A stretch of 63,575 bases of DNA, filler included, from Sphacelaria rigidula (taxonomy: Eukaryota), in NCBI GenBank assembly GCA_964200075.2. It is 11 parts of 11 records of this genome, joined end to end, with 100 filler letters (N's around TTAATTAATTAA, not from the genome) between each part and the next. Parts side by side here need not be neighbours in the genome. Positions count along the whole stretch, not along the records: positions 57,888 to 63,575 come from CAXNAA020025238.1; 10 more parts are not named here. The stretch is one strand, 5' to 3'. Positions within the stretch are counted from its first letter, which is position 1; each line of letters opens with the position of its first letter. Below, piece by piece: positions 61,465 through 63,575 of this stretch. The notes under the pieces were generated by a model. It searched no databases. It was not told where the DNA came from and saw only the letters and a program-made list of their open reading frames with translations. Both the position numbers and the translations under genes were made by a program.

Positions 61465-63364
61465 CACACGCGGCCATCCGGCTACCCTCTTGGAATTCTC
61501 TATCGCGATGTTCATCCTCTCGAGGGCAAAGTGACCGTCCGGAGGATAAAAACACTCTCTATACGGTACACACGCGGCCATTCGGCTACCTCGTAGAGGT
61601 ATTTTCAAACGCCATCCTCGATTCCGTCCGTTTAAAACTCCCCCCTAGAGGATCTTGGATATTCGTGATCCTCTTCTAGGGGATTTCCAATGTTGGGGCC
61701 CTCGAAGGTCTGTGCCGATATTGAAATTTCCTGGATTGTTTCTGGAGGCATAATTGCTATGGAAATCTGAAAATTTTACACCTGTTCGAAATAAGACCTG
61801 ATTCCAAATGATTGGAATCAGGCCAAAAAGATTTATTTCGAACACAGCAGAGACTGTGCAAATCCTATATACACTAGCATATGAAATTTATACACCAGAA
61901 ACTGTTCGAAATGAATCCTCATTTTGCCCACCAATACCTTGAATTAGGCAAAATGAGACTCTTATTTTCAAGCAGCTTTTGCTCTTCAAGTCCCACATAC
62001 GGCACGGTATCGATGGACGAGAGTCGAGATATAGCAAAAGTCGTTGAAAACTCATCCTCTTGCCCCCCATTTCATGTCTTGGGCAAGCGGATCGAAGCCT
62101 TCATCAGCCTCGACTGGTTTCAAACCCCATAATACACCGATTGCGAATGTGTGTACACACAACCATGCAATCTACCTTTGACTTGCGTTTAATACGGGTC
62201 TGCCGTGTGAACCTCAGATATTCAAACATACAAGCTTGAAAACCCCGTAGTCCCATGTTTACCATTCGAACACCAAAGTGAAGCATTTTTTCGAGTGAGC
62301 ACGCGAAAAAATATGATCGCGGTTTATCCTGTACGTTGATGGCGATATGACCATCACAACAATAGGCATGGTTTGATGCTGTACTGAACTGTACAATACT
62401 GTGTAGGACAGTGCCATATCGTGCCTATATACGTGCTGTGCAATATACTGCAGGGTTAGCGCGGAATATGCGCCACGTATGGCTCAACGAAGCGGATGCC
62501 TGAAACTTTGGGTGCATGGGGGTGCTATATACCGTCAGCTACTGAGTATACATCACGATGCCCGTTCTTGCAGCGTGCTCACCGCTGCAGTCAGTAGGAC
62601 GTGAAAAGGAAGCGGACAAAGTACAGTACAGACAGCGCAGGACTGTATGTATGTTTTCTACTCACAGTGCGACGTGAAAAAGACTTGAACAGTGTGCGCA
62701 GCTTTGTCTGCCTGCACTGTCCATGGGTGTGTATGCCGTAAATCGCCGGTTATTGCCCGCACCATACCCCGCTGCTCAAGTTCAAACTTCCACCAACAAG
62801 ACATACATCATGCTCAACTACTGCAGTGTGTATCTATTTTCCTGTGCCCAACTCGTGCTCTTTGCTGCAGGGTCATTGAGGCGGTATTATAGCTGGGAAT
62901 AAGTGCTGTCGGCTTTTCAATTCAATCTGTGGACGGCGGGTGATACATGTATTTTTTCTGGCGTGATGGAGCCAAAGGTCCCCAGGAAGCAGTTAGGACA
63001 CAAGTACACAAGTGTAAATGTACACGCTGAAGGATACTGCACGGCCATGTCCTCCGGAGTCGCGAAAAATGCCTCAGAAGCCACAATCGGTCCCTCCGCC
63101 AGAGGAATGATGCTCATATTTCCCTCTGCTGTTCATATTTCCCTCTAAGGGACGTTCACNNNNNNNNNNACTCTGGAGGGATTCAGACCTCAGAAGTCAC
63201 TGAAGCATCAGATGCTGCTCTCCAGAGGATTCGTTTCATGACCGGAACCGAGTATGAAATACCCTCTAGAGGGTACTTTTATCCTCACGAGGGTCACTTT
63301 ACCCTCGAGAGGATGAAAATCGCGATAGAGGATTTCAAGGGGGTAGTCGAATGGCCGCGTGTGT
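61465..63364. repeat. ~100-bp inverted repeat pair ~1.7 kb apart
   Basis: CACACGCGGCCATCCGGCTACCCTCTTGGAATTCTCTATCGCGATGTTCATCCTCTCGAGGGCAAAGTGACC (61465-61560) has its reverse complement at ~63265-63364. Confidence 0.8.
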
Positions 63365-63575
63365 ATTTCATACTCAAACAGGGTTGCCAGAAAAATGAGA
63401 ACGTATTTTGAAATGAGAATCAACCGCTCCCCGGGATTGTGTCCATTTTTCGGATTTAGTTTGCTTCCGTGGGGTTACTGTTGCCAGGAACAGTTCCAAC
63501 GGGCGGCCTACAGAGGGGGACATGATTACTCGGTCATGATGGCTGTTGCGTGGAGCATGAACGTCTTCGGCAACA

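Overview
This window is not one continuous locus. It is eleven unrelated contigs or scaffolds of about 5.69 kb, sorted by length (5690, 5690, 5689, 5689, 5689, then 5688 x6) and joined by an artificial 100-nt spacer (N44-TTAATTAATTAA-N44). The DNA is eukaryotic, intron-rich and dense in repeats. It is most consistent with a brown alga or related stramenopile; this is an inference from TTAGGG motifs, short exons in kb-size introns and a POMP-like beta-helix gene. Host gene fragments, rebuilt by splice-phase consistency: a 6TM K+ channel (BK/Slo-like, TVGYGD filter, one GC-AG intron), a POMP-like GGA/FxxN repeat protein, a Cys-containing protein possibly of DUF2470 type, and a probable first exon of the queuosine-salvage protein QNG1/DUF2419. 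Mobile DNA dominates: a near full-length decayed RTE LINE, a gag+protease-only Copia-type LTR element with atypical termini, a LINE and a tRNA-SINE sharing a poly(C)-ended 3' tail, Helitron-like ends and several MITE families (hAT-, piggyBac-, Sola2- and Ginger2-like by terminus and TSD). No CRISPR array, rRNA or intact tRNA was found. I see no convincing new multi-gene system. The best novelty candidates are the poly(C) SINE/LINE pair, the atypical LTR element and the nested hAT/Helitron-like structure in contig 1.
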